This document shows positions 1 through 13,900 of a stretch of DNA of 64,000 nucleotides, piece after piece (within the stretch, counting starts at the first letter, position 1; every line of letters begins with the position of its first letter). A program made the position numbers and the translations under genes. Under the pieces are notes generated by a model, which saw only the letters and a list, made by a program, of their open reading frames with translations, was not told where the DNA came from and made no database searches. This DNA is from Camelus ferus (lineage: Eukaryota), in assembly GCF_009834535.1 (NCBI RefSeq), contig NC_045696.1:114640001-114704000 (forward strand), read 5' to 3'.

Positions 1-309
1 AAAGGAGAAAATAACACGTGTCTTGTTGGAGGTTTACAGGGACACCGTGACTGACCCACGTGGACAGCTACAAGAACAAAGGATTCTGACACCAAGAGGT
101 TTGCAACAACCGATTATACCCCCTCCCTTTTTAGTATAAAAAGAAACCTAAATTCTGACTTGGAGAAGATGGTTCTCTAGAACATTAGTACCCCATCTTT
201 TCAGTCTGCTGTCTTTTTGAATAAAGTCATTATTTCTTGCCCCGACACCTCGTCTCTTGATTTATTGGCCTGTCGTGCGGCAAGCAGAATGAGTTTGAAC
301 TCAGTAATA
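1..309 (+). mobile_element. 3' part of an ERV1-type LTR (cut by the window edge)
   Basis: TATAAAA ~136, AATAAA ~220, ends ...CTCAGTAATA. Alignable by eye with the reverse complement of the LTR at 59257-59747. Confidence 0.8.
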
Positions 310-659
310 TTACCACAAAGCAAGTTCACATGTAAATGAGAACTTCCTATACTTTGCATGATTTTGAATATCTATGTATCCAAATTTTCTAAATACAAAA
401 TTATCAAAAAATCTAAATCCAAACCGTATCAACCTCAAATTCCTTGGTGAAAATTTTCACTCTAATTTTTCTTTCTTCCAATAAACAAGGATATGTATGG
501 ATAACCTTTAAGTTGCACAAAATCCTTCTGTCTGAAGGTAATGCACATACCACAAGGAATGGGAAAGAAATAAACAACACTCTTTGGATAAAGTTACTTC
601 CTGAAAATAGGTTATTCACTTTTAGCTTTAGTAGACTTTTGTAAGCCTAAGTATGTGTA

Positions 660-1082
660 CCGCCTAGGCAGCTTCTGCCTGAACGGAAGCTTTTTTGAGG
701 GAACTGTCAATGGCAGTGAGGCAGTCTGTCCACCTGTCTTACCAGCCCTGGGGAGTGTCCGCTGTCCAGAGGACAGAGCAGTGAGCATTAGGACAGCGGT
801 CATGGTAGCCTTTCCCATGTTCCATAATGATTAGTTGGTATCCTGTGTTCCATGTTATCTGAGACCAAGGGCAAAACCTGACTCTCTCTATGTTCCTCCA
901 CTTTGTAGGAAACCCAGTGACATTAACATTGACATTTGTGAAGCATATGGAGTTTTCCCTTATTCTACATGTGTATTCCAAGTGGTGTTTTAGAGTTCCA
1001 GAATAACTATGCCTGCTTTTCTGACCCACAGAAGCTGCCAGTGTTGGGAAAATTTGTTATGTAGCAACTGATAACTAATGCA
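660..1082 (+). mobile_element. Old MaLR (MLT1-type) LTR remnant
   Basis: The 3' end TTTGTTATGTAGCAACTGATAACTAATGCA resembles the MLT1 terminus. The 5' boundary is uncertain. Confidence 0.5.
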
Positions 1083-4000
1083 CATATTAATTAAGAGGCA
1101 TCTCAGAGTACCTCATTTTTCCCTAGCTTTTAATATTGATAAAATTCAGGATGAATTATTGAGTGTTGTTTTAGATTACGTTCATCAATTATGTCAAATA
1201 TACACACACACGTGCTAACATTCCTTGGCACTCTTCTCAACATCCAAATCAGGTACAACTTGAAGAAAATAATTTTATTTAACAATTTCTGGATATGCTC
1301 CATAGATTATTATGGCTAAGGCAGTATGATAAATGCGCCCTTGAAAAAAATCCAATTTTTTCTATCATTTTTGGATGGATAACTTATATTGGTTTTATAA
1401 ATAATTCTTAATTCTTTAGATATTCTGCCATTTGCTTCTGCATGTTATATTTTTGATTTCCTCCAACCTTGCTCCCAAGCTCTATTATCCTGCTTACTTA
1501 CACACACACACAAAATGAGGTCTAGAGACTGAAGTCTCTTAACAAACTCACGCAGCTAAGTGTTAGCAGAGTTAGGATCTGAACCCACATAGGACTGATT
1601 CCGAAACATAGTAAAGTTTTTGTGCTGCACAAGGACATCATCCTTTTGTGACCTTCTTAAAGCCCACCTTGGCAAAGCATTCAAAGACAAAGCATTCAAG
1701 ATGGAGGGAATTCCTGGGACCCCGGCTGGTGAATTTCCATGTGTAACTGACTCAACGGCGCCTTCTTTGATTAGAGGCTCAAAGCAGTCGTCAGTTTTAT
1801 TCCTTCAAGCATCGTATATGCTGTTGAGTTCAAGTAAATTAGTTCAAAGCCTGGATCAGATGGAATCATGCTGATTCCTTTTCTAACTTAAGTCCTCAGT
1901 TCTTCTGAGAGTAATTTAAGAAATCTATTGACAGTTTCCTTCAGTGAGGCTGTTAGCCAAAAAGCTTGAATCTACTCTCTCTCTCTCATCTTGGAGATTT
2001 TCTAAAGCTTAAAGGCCCTTTCATACAAAATAAACTTTCTATTTTTACTTTTACCTGCAGGTAATCACTGTTATGAATATCTGTTATAAATATAAATAAA
2101 GTGACTACAGACTGGGGTCTCTTGGGACAGATAAGGGTTCTAAAATATAAGAAAACTCTATGTACAACTTGAGTGAGAGGTTAAAAAATCTAAGTAAGCA
2201 TGTCATAAATATTTTTATTTTGGTATAAGGTTTTTTTTTTAATTTAGTTTTTAAGAGTTACATCAGTCATATCAATATGAATTTATCACCTTTAAAGATA
2301 TTTCCTAGCTATATTACTACAAATGGGCTTATAAAAGGTGTCACTTTTTAAAAAACTACCATTAATCATGTGTAACAACTTATTTGTATTTAGATTTTGG
2401 TCTCTAATACGGTCCTTTACCCGAAAGGAACCAGAGTTCCCTGTGACAGGAAATTCAGGATGATCCAGGACCTTCTTGTTTCCAGAGAGAAACATTTTTT
2501 TTAAAAAAGTGGGGAGGTTATTGTTGAAACGATGAAGCCTGGTTAAAAAAGATTCTACAGATGAAGATGTTAGATTTTTGACCATCAAAAAGAAAACAAT
2601 AATTCTTCAAAGCTGTGAGACCTTCATAATACTCAAAATGGGAAAATTATTACCTGAGACATTTTAAAAGGAAAGCGGCCATAAATTTCCAGTACGTTAT
2701 CAAGAAAACGTTTATATTAAGGGACTTAAGCTGTGTGGTACACATTCAAGTTTTGCTAAATATCTGAAGGTAAAATCTCTTTGCAAAATTCTATAGCTTT
2801 CCATTATACTTCAATACTTAAAAATAATACTATTTCACATAAAAGACCATCCAGAGGTGGGCTGAACCCCAATACCCATAATACTAAGCCTGTTGTTCTT
2901 TCCTTGTCATTTGGTCATGCACTGTGTTGGCGTCCTCACAAGGCTGGCTGTCTCATGACCCTAAGTGATCATAGGACGGCTCCCTGCGGAAAGTAGGAGG
3001 GGAACCTCTCAGTCATTCCTGCTCTTAAATCGGTCTGGGACCATGTTGGCCACATCCCTGCCTCCAGATGGCCAACAAGAGCCTCTCGGGGTCTTCTTGG
3101 CTTGACTGAGATTCATTAGGAAATACCCTTGAATCTAAGGATGGGGGCAGACTCCTCTGATTACATGGGATGAATTCCTGAAAGAAATCAGATTCTATTA
3201 GAAAGGAGGGCAGGTGTAATGGGTGGTTGATAGGCAACTAACTATGGTCACTACCAGATGTAAAGTGTTGTAACACTGATTTGTAGTACAAAAGGCCTGG
3301 GGAGTCAAAATGAGTGACACTAAGTTGTTAAAATTACCATTATGCATACTAATAATTATGAAAGAAAAAAAAAAAAAAACAAGAACATCCAGAGGGTGTA
3401 AGATGGATCTTTGAAGGAAAAAATGTGGACTTGGAAAAACCAGTTATGGGCACTAGCCCTCATATGCCAGTACTTCTGAAATTATCCTGGAAAGTACCCT
3501 GGATCCTATTTACAGCTTTTTGATTTATAGCCCAGATTTGTAATTGTATCCTAGTCTTGAATTTTCTACTGATTAGACTTGGTTGAAATTAATACTGTTT
3601 GTTCTACTCTCCATGAGTATTAAGTGATTTTACAATCCCAGTGAAAGTATGGAAGTAAAAATATAGATGAGAAATAAATGAGCCCAAATTTGATTCATTT
3701 ATAACTATATTAATTTTTGCAAACATTTTATAATCTGTGCTGATTTTTTTCTGCTACTTAAGGTGTTCTTAATCCTTAGGAAAACCATGATTTAAATTGT
3801 AGGTGCTTTAACTGCTTAGAGAAATTATGATTAATGTTTAAGTTATTTAACGGAATTCAATTAACTAAATATGATAATGATTATAAATGTTTAGGGAACA
3901 TAAAACTATCAGCTTTATAAATTAATCAAAGAAAAAATGTGAAAATGAGTATTGCTAATTTTAACTGCCCAATCATGACATTTATGAGTAAAATGGGAAA

Positions 4001-4447
4001 ATTTGTAATTTGAGCTTAGGGGATTTCAGAAAAAAAATGTATTTATGATTTTAAGAGAAATTAAGCATTGTGATTATAAAGATTATGTTCCACACACAAA
4101 GTTCCCTTCAAAGGGTACTTAGCATCAGCTTTGGTGTCCTATGAACAAGGATGCGATTGGGGAAGGGGAAAGGTGTGTGCTTCCCCCACTGGTACGTATA
4201 ATACCATCTGTGCAGCTTGAGACTTTGGATTTATCACCTGAAGTGATGAGGATTCTGGCTAGACTCCTTGGTGGTGTAAATTATGGAAATCAAAGGACAG
4301 GATAAAGCCCTTGGGTAAGATAAATATCTGAAAAATCACTTCCTCCCACTTTATTATGTATGTGGTGATAAGGCCAGAAAGAAGGAATTGGAGGGGGCTG
4401 AAGGCTATTTTGCAAAGAATGGAGCTTATGAAATCTTTAGGGTCTTA

Positions 4448-4695
4448 TGTTTTTTTTTTGAATATATATATATATTTACTGAAGTATAGTCAGTTTACAA
4501 CATTGCATCAATTTCTGGTGTACAGCATAATGCTTCAGTCAGACATGAACATACATACATTTGTTTTCATATTCTTTTTCACCATAAGTTACTACAAGAT
4601 ATTGAATATGGTTCCCTGTGCTGTACAGTAGAAACTGGTTGTTTATCTGTATTATATGTAGTAATTAGTATCTGCCCATCTTGAACTCCCAATTC
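4448..4695 (-). mobile_element. 5'-truncated L1 3'-UTR fragment (cetartiodactyl/camelid type)
   Basis: TTTACTGAAGTATAGTCAGTTTACAACATTG..., similar to the copies at 23566, 53315 and (inverted) 20300-20520 and 50975. Confidence 0.85.
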
Positions 4696-5567
4696 AGTGT
4701 CTTTGATTCAGCTTCGCACCAGGGTTGTGTTTGAGTTCATAGTCTTGATAGATAATATGTGGTTGAAATGAATCAAGTGTCTGTGACTCATCTGACCTCT
4801 CCTTTCACTAAATTGCCCCTGAATCTTTCAGGGCTCCAAGTTTGATGGATGAGCACAGGAGGCTACCATGGCGGGTCCTGATACCGGTTCCTGATGGCCT
4901 GGCTCTTCACTATGGGCGTCTGTGCTGATAGCAGGTTTTGGGTTTTCCTGGTGGTATTTAAAACCTACTTACAGCAGATGCTGTTAGCAAAGAGATTATC
5001 TAGAATCTCACAAGCCTATCAGATACCTCGTTTCTAGACGAAGGGTGCATAGCAAATATATTATAATGGTGATGTGATGGACATACATTTGAAGGTTCTG
5101 CTCTAAAAAAGGACAGTCCCCTAAGTAACTCATGTGAACTTAGAATGGACCAAAGGCCTTGAAGTAGTACTTAAAAGTCGTTCTATTATAGAGCTTATGA
5201 AGACGTTATACTGGCCCCACCTCCTTTTAGTTTTAACAAAACCCTTCCTCATTTGCTGTAGATGTGGATTACTGCTAACCAGACTAACATGGATTGTTCA
5301 AATTGCTATCAAAACAGTGTTTATTTTTTTGCTGTAGCAACACCCCAGAATTAATTCCTTCCTCTACCCCAACCCCTACCAACCATGACAACAGACTTTT
5401 TTTTTTTTTCTTTTTGAATGAAAGAAAAAGAGAAATTATCCTCAGGAATGCCCAAACTCAGGAAGGTCCCACATGAACCACTCTGGTGCTTATATAGACC
5501 TGCCCATGGAAAGAATTAGGATGTTGAAAACAAGAGAAGGAATTTGGAGGAGGAGACAAATTAGGGC

Positions 5568-5700
5568 AATTGCTTCTCAAACTTGAATGTGCACACACAT
5601 CATTTGAGAAATTCTTTTAAAATGCAGATACTGATTCAGTAGTTCTCGGAATCTGCATTTTTAGCAAGCCCCCAGGTGATGTTGATATACATTGTCCAAA
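5568..5700. mobile_element. MER5-like hAT-Charlie MITE
   Basis: CTTCTCAAACTT...AAATGCAGAT...ATCTGCATTTTTAGCAAGCCCCCAGGTGAT signature. Confidence 0.7.
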
Positions 5701-6339
5701 GGGTGTGGTCAATTAGGACTTGGCTGAGACCAGAAAAGACATGATTAGATATTACTTGGTGAATAGGTCACTGTCACAGGGGACTCCAGGTCCTGACCTC
5801 AAATGGGTACATGACAGCTGCTTCAGGACATGGAATCTGGTCCCCCAATGGAGTGGGGGTGGTGTGGACTACACAATACACTGGGAGGCGCTGGTGGACT
5901 GTAGGCCACAGGAGAGTAAGACATATTTGGCTAACACTTATAGACCTAAATATTGGGATGGGGGTAGGAGCCCATTGTCATTGTCTACAAGTCAAACTTG
6001 GCTTATGTAGTTTCTAAAGCCCTACTCCAAATTCCAAGATTCAAGGCCAGTCATTTGTGATTCACTCTTGATAAATGCAGAGAACATTTCTATAGCTATT
6101 TTTTATCTCTCTGCCTTCCTATCCATCTATCCATCTGTCCATCCATCATCTCCCAGGAATTTTGCAAATGCTACTCTCTTTGGTTAGAACTTCCCTTTTT
6201 AAATAGCATTTAGTGCTCAGTCTAAATGCCTTATTCCCTAACAGACTTTTTCTCCTCTCCTATATTTTGGTTTCTCTGTTGCTGTTTCTCACAATATCTC
6301 CTTGGTCTCCTCAGTTCTTTGCTTCTTTCTGAGTTCCAT

Positions 6340-7190
6340 ATTATTCAATCAATGAATATTTATTGCACTCGTATGATATAACAGGACTATCCTCAGTGCC
6401 AGAAATATAGCAATGAACCAAACAGAAAAAAAAAAAAGTTTGTTTTCAGTTCTTATAACTTATGTTCTCTGTAGGTTTAATCAATTTGCAATCATTTTTC
6501 GATTGTTTAAATTAACATATTTAGAGAGTAAATTCTATGAGTCTAAAACCCACAAATGTCTCATTCACCCATATACCTACCATATTTGTTGAAAAATTTA
6601 GCAATGAAAGCAGAGTAATTTGAGCAATGGAGTTAAAATTTTTCTATGGAAAACAGGCAACTACACAAAGGAAAATGAGAAAGAATAAGGTCTTCCTTTG
6701 GTAGAAGATTTGTGATGGGATAGGAATAGGATTTCTTATTCAAGGCTAATGGATGGCTAGTGAAAACTATAATTAAGCAGAGTGGAAAATAAGAAGATAT
6801 AGCAGGTAAAGAGGAGGGAAAATTAATGCTCTGGATAGAGGGAACAACATGTTGGAAGTCCTGAAGAAAAAAGAGCATGATGTGTTTGTGGTGCTGAAAT
6901 AAAATCAGTATGGCTGGTGCATTGAGTGTGGGGAGGGGAAGGCAGGAGCAAGCCTGGAAGGTAGAGAGAAGCTAGTGCATAAAAACTATGTGAAGAATCC
7001 AAAGCTTATAAATCATATTGAAAAATTTAGACTTTATCTTAAGGTCAATGGAAAGTGACTGAGGAATTCTAGCTGGGGGGCACCATGAATTCAGACACAT
7101 ATTTTAAAAGATCACTGGATACACTGACCAATGGACTGGACAGAAACACAACTATAGGCAAGGTTAAAGGCTATTGCAATAATCTAGGCC
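6340..7190. mobile_element. Degraded L2 fragments
   Basis: ATTCAATCAATGAATATTTATTG... L2 tail and GGCTATTGCAATAATCTAGG-like L2 body motifs. Confidence 0.55.
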
Positions 7191-7194
7191 AAAT

Positions 7195-8748
7195 TACTAA
7201 AAATTTATTAGAACTAATAAATGAGTTTAGGACAGTTACAGGATATAAGATTATTATACAAAAATTAAGTGTATTTCTATACATTAGCATTGAACAATTA
7301 AAAATGAAATTAAGAAAACAATTCCATTTATTTAGCAGCATCAAAAATATTTAGGAATAAATTTAATTTAAAAAAGCATAAAATATCCTAAAAACTAGAA
7401 AACATTGTTGAAAGAAATTAACGAAGGCCTAAATAAATGGAAAGACATTGCATATTTATGGATTGGGAGACTTAATATTATTAAGATGGTAATACCTCTC
7501 AAATTAATTGAAGGTTCAACACAGTCCCTGTTGAAATCTGAGCTAGTTTCTTTCTAAAAATTGAAGCTGATACTAAAATTCATACAGAAATTCAAGGGAC
7601 ACAGAATAGCCAAAACAACCTTCTTGTTTTAAAGAACAAAGTTGGAGGATTCACACTTCCTGATTTTAGAACTTAACTTAAAGCTACAGTAATACAAACA
7701 ACAAAGAAAAAGACAGACTTTATCAAAATTTAAAACTTTTGTTCCTTAAAAGTCCCCACCAAGAAAATGAAAAGACAGCCAACAGAATGAGAGAAAATAT
7801 TATAAATCATGTATCTGATAGTGACTTATATCTAGAAAACTTTAAAGAACTCTGACAACTCAACAATATAAAGACAAAGAACCCTAATTTAAAAATGGGA
7901 AAGGGTCTCCTGATAAGAGAGTTCTCTGAAGAAGATACGCAATTAGCAATAAGCACATGAAAAGATGCTCAATGTCATTATCCACCCAGAGAATGCAAAC
8001 TGAAATCACGAGATACTGCTTTATATTCAATAGATAAATATAACCAAAAAGACCTGCAGTCACAACCATTGGGGAGTAGATGGGAAATCAGAACCCTTAT
8101 CACTGCTGGTACAAATGTAATATTGTGCAACAAGCATAGAAAATAGCTCCTCAAAAGGTGAGGCAAAGAGTTACCACGGGACATTCCAATTCAACTTTTA
8201 CATATACATTCAAGAGAAATGAAAAGATATGTCTACATAAAAACTTGAACATGAATATTCACAGCAGCATTATTCATAACAGCCGCAAAATGGAACCAAC
8301 CCAAATTTCCATCAATTTATGAATGAGTAAGTAAAATGTAGCATATCTATGTAATGAAAAATTATTTGGCAGTAAAAATAAGAGTATTGATATGTGCTAC
8401 AAGAAAGGTGAACCTTGACAACATTCAAAATGAAAATAGTTAATCACAGAAGACCACATATCATATGATTCTATTTATATGAAATGTCCAGAATAGGCAA
8501 ATCTATGGAAATAGAAAGTAGATTAGTAATTGCCTGGGGCTGAATGTACCAGGCAGAAATGGGAAGTGACTGCTAACTGAGTATGGGCTTTCTTACTGGG
8601 TGAAGAAAATGTTCTAAAATTGATTGTGGTGATAGTGGCACAATTTGTGAATATACTAAAAATCATTGATTGGACACTTCATCGATGAATGAATAGTACT
8701 GTATGTTAATTATATCTCAGTAAAGCTGTTATATTAAAAAAAAAAAAC
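7195..8748 (+). mobile_element. Old L1 (L1MB-like): ORF2 remnants with an internal deletion, 3'UTR and poly(A)
   Basis: TTATTAGAACTAATAAATGAGTT (LLELINEF, L1 ORF2), AAGCACATGAAAAGATGCTCAA, and the end TTATATCTCAGTAAAGCTGTT followed by an A-tail. Confidence 0.9.
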
Positions 8749-8861
8749 AAACTAGACACAAGCAGCTGGCTTTGGTCTTGTCTACCATATTAAGGGCAAT
8801 GAGAATAAATTCAAGACACATTTAGGAAAAAAGATAAGCTGGACTCAGATAAGAGGGAAAA

Positions 8862-9300
8862 TATAGGGTCCAGATATTCCAAGAGACAGTAGCAAGCATG
8901 GGATTGAATCTGAAAGAATTTTATTGGATGAAGCACCCATGTAAGAGGACATAAGGACAGAGCTGGATAAAGGTGGGAGAGCCAGCAGAATGATGCAAGT
9001 CTGACCCCCAGTGAAGAAGGGAGAATGTTAAGTAGGGGTGTCTTAGATCACCTTACAGTCTGGAGAAGTTTCTGCAAAGTTTCTGGGGAATCTAAGCTAA
9101 ACCTAGCCACCTGAAGTCTCTCATCTCCCAGAATGGTTCTACCATGGCACCCCTGATGCTCACCATCAGTGGCTCTTGGGAATCAGGGGCTCAGCACAAA
9201 CAGGGGGGTGGATTTCGAGTGCATCACCTGTAGCCCTGTAACTGGTGACCTGTGCTTTTTTCATGGTCACCATGGAGGCCATCAAGAATGTCCCCCAGGT
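8862..9300 (-). mobile_element. LTR16-like ERVL LTR
   Basis: Motifs GATGCAAGTCTGACCCC and TTTTATTGG resemble reverse-strand LTR16. Confidence 0.5.
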
Positions 9301-10669
9301 TGCTCTCACTTGAGCATCTGAGACATTTATTAGAATAGGGAATAGCTGGGGAGGAGCTGGGTCAGTTCCTGGGAGATATTTGGGGACAAGAGTTTTAGCT
9401 TGTATGTGACTGAGGCACATCTTAATAAACAAAGTGGACCTATGAACATAGAAGTTACGAATACGGATATGGAACATAAGTGGAAAACAAGCAATTTGAG
9501 TTGGAGATAAAGATTTGGACAATTTGGGCAAAATGATCAGACAGGTGCTAATTGTAGGTGAGATGAGTGCTGTGACATGGAAAATCACAAGACTGGGTTA
9601 ATGGATTCCTTGGGAAGGTGATTTCTGAGCTTGAAGGATGTGATAGTGTTAGTTAGGTCAACAGAGTGAAAGGAGTGTTCAGGATGAAAGGGACAATCTG
9701 TATAAAAGTGCATGGGCAGAAAGCGCTCTGTGCTTTTGAGGCTTTGTAATTCCTTTCTGTGGAGTTGCATATGGAGAAACAGACAGAAGTAACTCTATAG
9801 AGAAGCCAACAGTGCCAGACCACCGAAGATTTTTAGCATCTCGCCAGAATTTGGAGTTTGAATGATTTCAAGTATGAGGATGACAAAGAATATGTGTTTT
9901 AGAAGTTTGCACTGGTGTTGGTGTTGACCTAGGAATAGTGTTTATTCTAAGAGACCAGAGAGGCCCAGGGTCGCCAAAAATTACAGTTTAAAAAAAAAAC
10001 CCACTATCAATCTAGATTTTTATGGGATATATCTAATGATAAAATTCTGACAAATAATTCAAATTAAAATCACATGCTCATGCATTTTGTGGGGGCCAAT
10101 TTTCTGTGCTTTTTCCAATTTATCTTCTGGTAGGACACAGCCCACACCTGTCACTCTGTAGTTCTGAGCATCACTATTTGCTCTCATATGAATGGAATAA
10201 AATATCACCCTCTGTGCTCCCTCCCTCTCCTCATCCTCCAACCTCCCAGCAATCTACATGTTTCCTGCCTCCCCATCATGGATCACTCCACTGCAGAATT
10301 TTTATCTTTTTTCCTGAATTTTCACTCCCTGTTTCTCTGGCTACAGGGTCTGTAGCTCATGACCGTGCTGCTAAGGTCCCCTTCAAGCTCACCTTCTCTG
10401 AGACTTCTGATCTTTTTAACCTGCTACCTCTGCTACTTCTAGCCCTGTCACTGTTTCAGTCTGTCTCTCTCACTTCTTTCACCCTGAGCCTGCATTTCTT
10501 GGTTTTTTTTAATCTCCCACGTGTCTAAGTTTTCGTGTTGACCACCTTGTGACAGGCAGTGGCAATGGTTCTGAACCTTCTATAATTTCTAGTTGGTAAA
10601 CTAATCATTCTGGTTTGTAATGGGATCATCTTTATGTTTGCAGCAATCCATTTTGTTTTGCAAGGAACA

Positions 10670-10925
10670 GAGCCTGGTGATTAAGCCTAGGCTCTCTGCA
10701 GCTTTGAATTCAGACCCTGTATCTACTACTTTCTAATTACTTAACTTGTACACCCTTTTATTTAAATCTTCATAGTCTAAATTTTCCCCACTTGCAAAAC
10801 TAGGGACATTAATAATAATGACCTCATACAGTTATGGTGAGAACCAAGGAAATTAATCCTTGTAAAGGATTTATCAAAGTGTCTGGAATGGGGTAAAGTT
10901 TCAATCAATGTTAGTTTGTATATTC
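10670..10925 (+). mobile_element. MIR SINE
   Basis: AATAATGACCTCATACAGTTATGGTGAG... MIR core and tail. Confidence 0.65.
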
Positions 10926-13900
10926 ATTATTAAAGATTTTCTTTTTTCCTCCCACCTCTTGTATGTCTTCTCTCCCTTTCCCATGGTTTACTTTTTAGAT
11001 TTAGAATCATCTGGCATTTTCAAGGCACTAGACAACTGTTTAGGATAAAAATGATTTCTCTGCTTACACTTTTTTTGTTCTTTAGGGAAAGGATATTGAT
11101 GGGATTAATTTTAATTTACATAATATCTGGATTTATTTAATAGCAAGCTGTGCTATAAGCAGGTTTCCATGTGAAACTGGAATTAGAATCCATATTTCCT
11201 AAATTTTGGAGCCACAAATACTGATTTGTTGGGACAAAGTGTGATGTAAAAAAGAAATAGACTGGGAATCAAGGAATAGAATTCTTGCCTTAGAGGTAAC
11301 ATTGTGTAACTGCTGGCCTTGGTCAAGTTCATCTTAACCTGACTGGATCTAGGTGCAGATTAGACCAAATCTATGTTTTTTATTTGGGGATAAAAATGTG
11401 TCAAGTTATTTCCTAAGACCCATCCCTTTTAGATTTTTTGGAAATGCCATTAAACAAAATTTACTCATAAAATTATTAATTATCTTGACAATACCACTGT
11501 GCACTTTTAATGATGAACCAGTATTCTTTTTTCAGTAACTCTTTACGGAAATACTAGTGTCATTATTTTTTTTATAATTGCAGCTTAAATTGTTGAGTTT
11601 TGCTTTAAGCTATTAACAGGCCAAGATAGGTGAACAATGACGATTTCCTTTTTCAAAGAGTATCTGAATATTTGTAGTCGAGTCTCAGGAAAACTCATGC
11701 AGGTCGAATTCTGAACCCTGACCTGATCATTTACACTATTTTAATTACTTCTGGGATCAAAAGAAAATTTCCAACAGACTCCCATACAGTTGAGTAACAT
11801 TTTCATGTGATTTGTAAACTATCATACTGACTTGAATCTCTAAACACATTGGTAAGAGATTAAATTTCCACAGCAATGTTCACCCTGTAAATTTACTTTC
11901 TTTTCCAGTAGAAAATATCAGGATAATGATGCATCATTAAAAAAATCATAAACAGCTACGCAAAAAGTTGTATAGGTGACATTAAGACTTTTGTTTCCAA
12001 AGAGATTCATCTTTTAACTTGACTTAATTGTTTTATAAAACATATACCAGCATGGAGAGAACAAAAATTTAACTCCTCTTCCAGTGGCCATTTATATTAC
12101 CAAACAGTGTTAATCTGGGGAAGATGCTTTTCTGACCACAAAACTTAGTTGACAAAATTTGTCAAGCAATCACACAAATCTCAACCAGTCACATTCTTCA
12201 GATATTATACTATTATTTTGTATTCTCTCGGAAGACATCACACTATGCTTGGGTCTTCATGTGCAAAGTACAATTTGAGGTAATTTCTGGATTTTTCAGT
12301 TCTAAGAAAATGTCTTCTGAAGTATATAGATTATCGCTGCAAACATTTTAATATATATTTGTTTTATAAATTGCTACCTGCCAGAATATAATATCTACCA
12401 CTTGAGAGGTGAGGATGAAATGAGAAAGTGTGTGTGAAAGAACGTGTAACCTGTTAAGTAAGCACAGACTTACCATTGCCTTAACCCTGCCCTAGGTCTT
12501 TGTGGGCCTGTAGGCATGTAGACATAAACTTCAAGTTCTTAGACATGTCTCCTGTGAAGCCCATCAATTTTATTTTCATAAAATATATTCTTAATTACTA
12601 AAGAAGTAGTATACATCACAAAGGATTTTCATATATATGTGCCTTCCTTTTCTAGTTAATAATTACATGCTTTAGAATGAGGATCGCGCTTTTTATTTCC
12701 AACCAGTCATTTTTTTCTGTATGACCCAGACCACTGAAAATTGTTTTTCCAGTGTTGACATTTGAATGATTTGCCTATTTGGTCTGATAATATACCAGAG
12801 CATTTTAGGGTGGGCACACTGTTTCTGCAAATAACTTATTCGTTTCTGTCTCCAACTTGGGTTTTTGATTGTTAAAAACACCAAAAGTTCATTTCCTAAA
12901 CAGGGATCTGTGGGAATATATGCCTATGTGTCAAGCTTTTAATAATTATGTTGATTACTGATAGGCTCTTAAATCAACTGTTCCAATCTGGAAAACACTG
13001 GAAGGTAAGAAGATTAATTTTTACAAATAAGATAATATGCAGGCAGGCAGAACGTGATTGGAGATAAAGGTCGGTAGCCATCTGTTCCTCGGTCTTATTT
13101 AGAGGAGCAGAAGGTGTGGTATGTCATGCCCAAGCTGTTTTCAAATGCATAATAACGAAAAAAATTGTGAAATCACTTGGAAGGTGAATTTTCTTGAAAT
13201 TTCACCTTGAGACAAATTGTTTCCTAAGAGAAACAAAACAATGTGTTTAGTTTCTGCTAAAAATTTTTTTCTACAGAATTTGAAAAGTTATGTAGCTCCC
13301 TAACATAGATTAATGCACCCTGGACTTTGCAAACACAAATATCAGAGAACAGAGGTAGGAGCTCTGTACAGTACATATTACACAGATTGCCCAGTGATTA
13401 GCTTGTTTCTCACATAGAAAGTTTATCCATCTGTTCTTTAAATGGGTTAATAATTTCGTCATCATTATCATCATTCTTCTTATTGCTTACTTACTCGGGG
13501 TATGCATACATCTTTCCAGAATTTTTGTGAGGACTCATGTGGGCTGTAGTTTTGAGCTCTCATGGCAGAAAGGCAACTTTACTCAAGGTTCTAGGTGTGT
13601 GTGGGTCCCAAGGCAATAATACATGCAAACATGACAATTCTTTTTAGCTGCATCAACCCTTTTTGGTATTCCCACAGCCGATCTCAATTTCCTCTTTTTA
13701 TAACAACGCAGTTTGGGGTTTTACCAGAGCAGACAAGCATGAAATTAATTTTCCGTAGAAGTTTACTGATGCTGGGAAACTCGCTGGTCAGTAGTGTTGG
13801 TAGAAGTCCTACGCTGGCTTGGCTGATTCATTTCCTCCTTCCTAATTGCAGTGAATATTATCAACTTCAGTTCTACAAAGTATATCACGTGCAAAAACTT

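Noticed and set aside
12149..12165. Palindrome TTGACAAA-A-TTTGTCAA
   Set aside because: 8-bp AT-rich arms are expected by chance in 64 kb.
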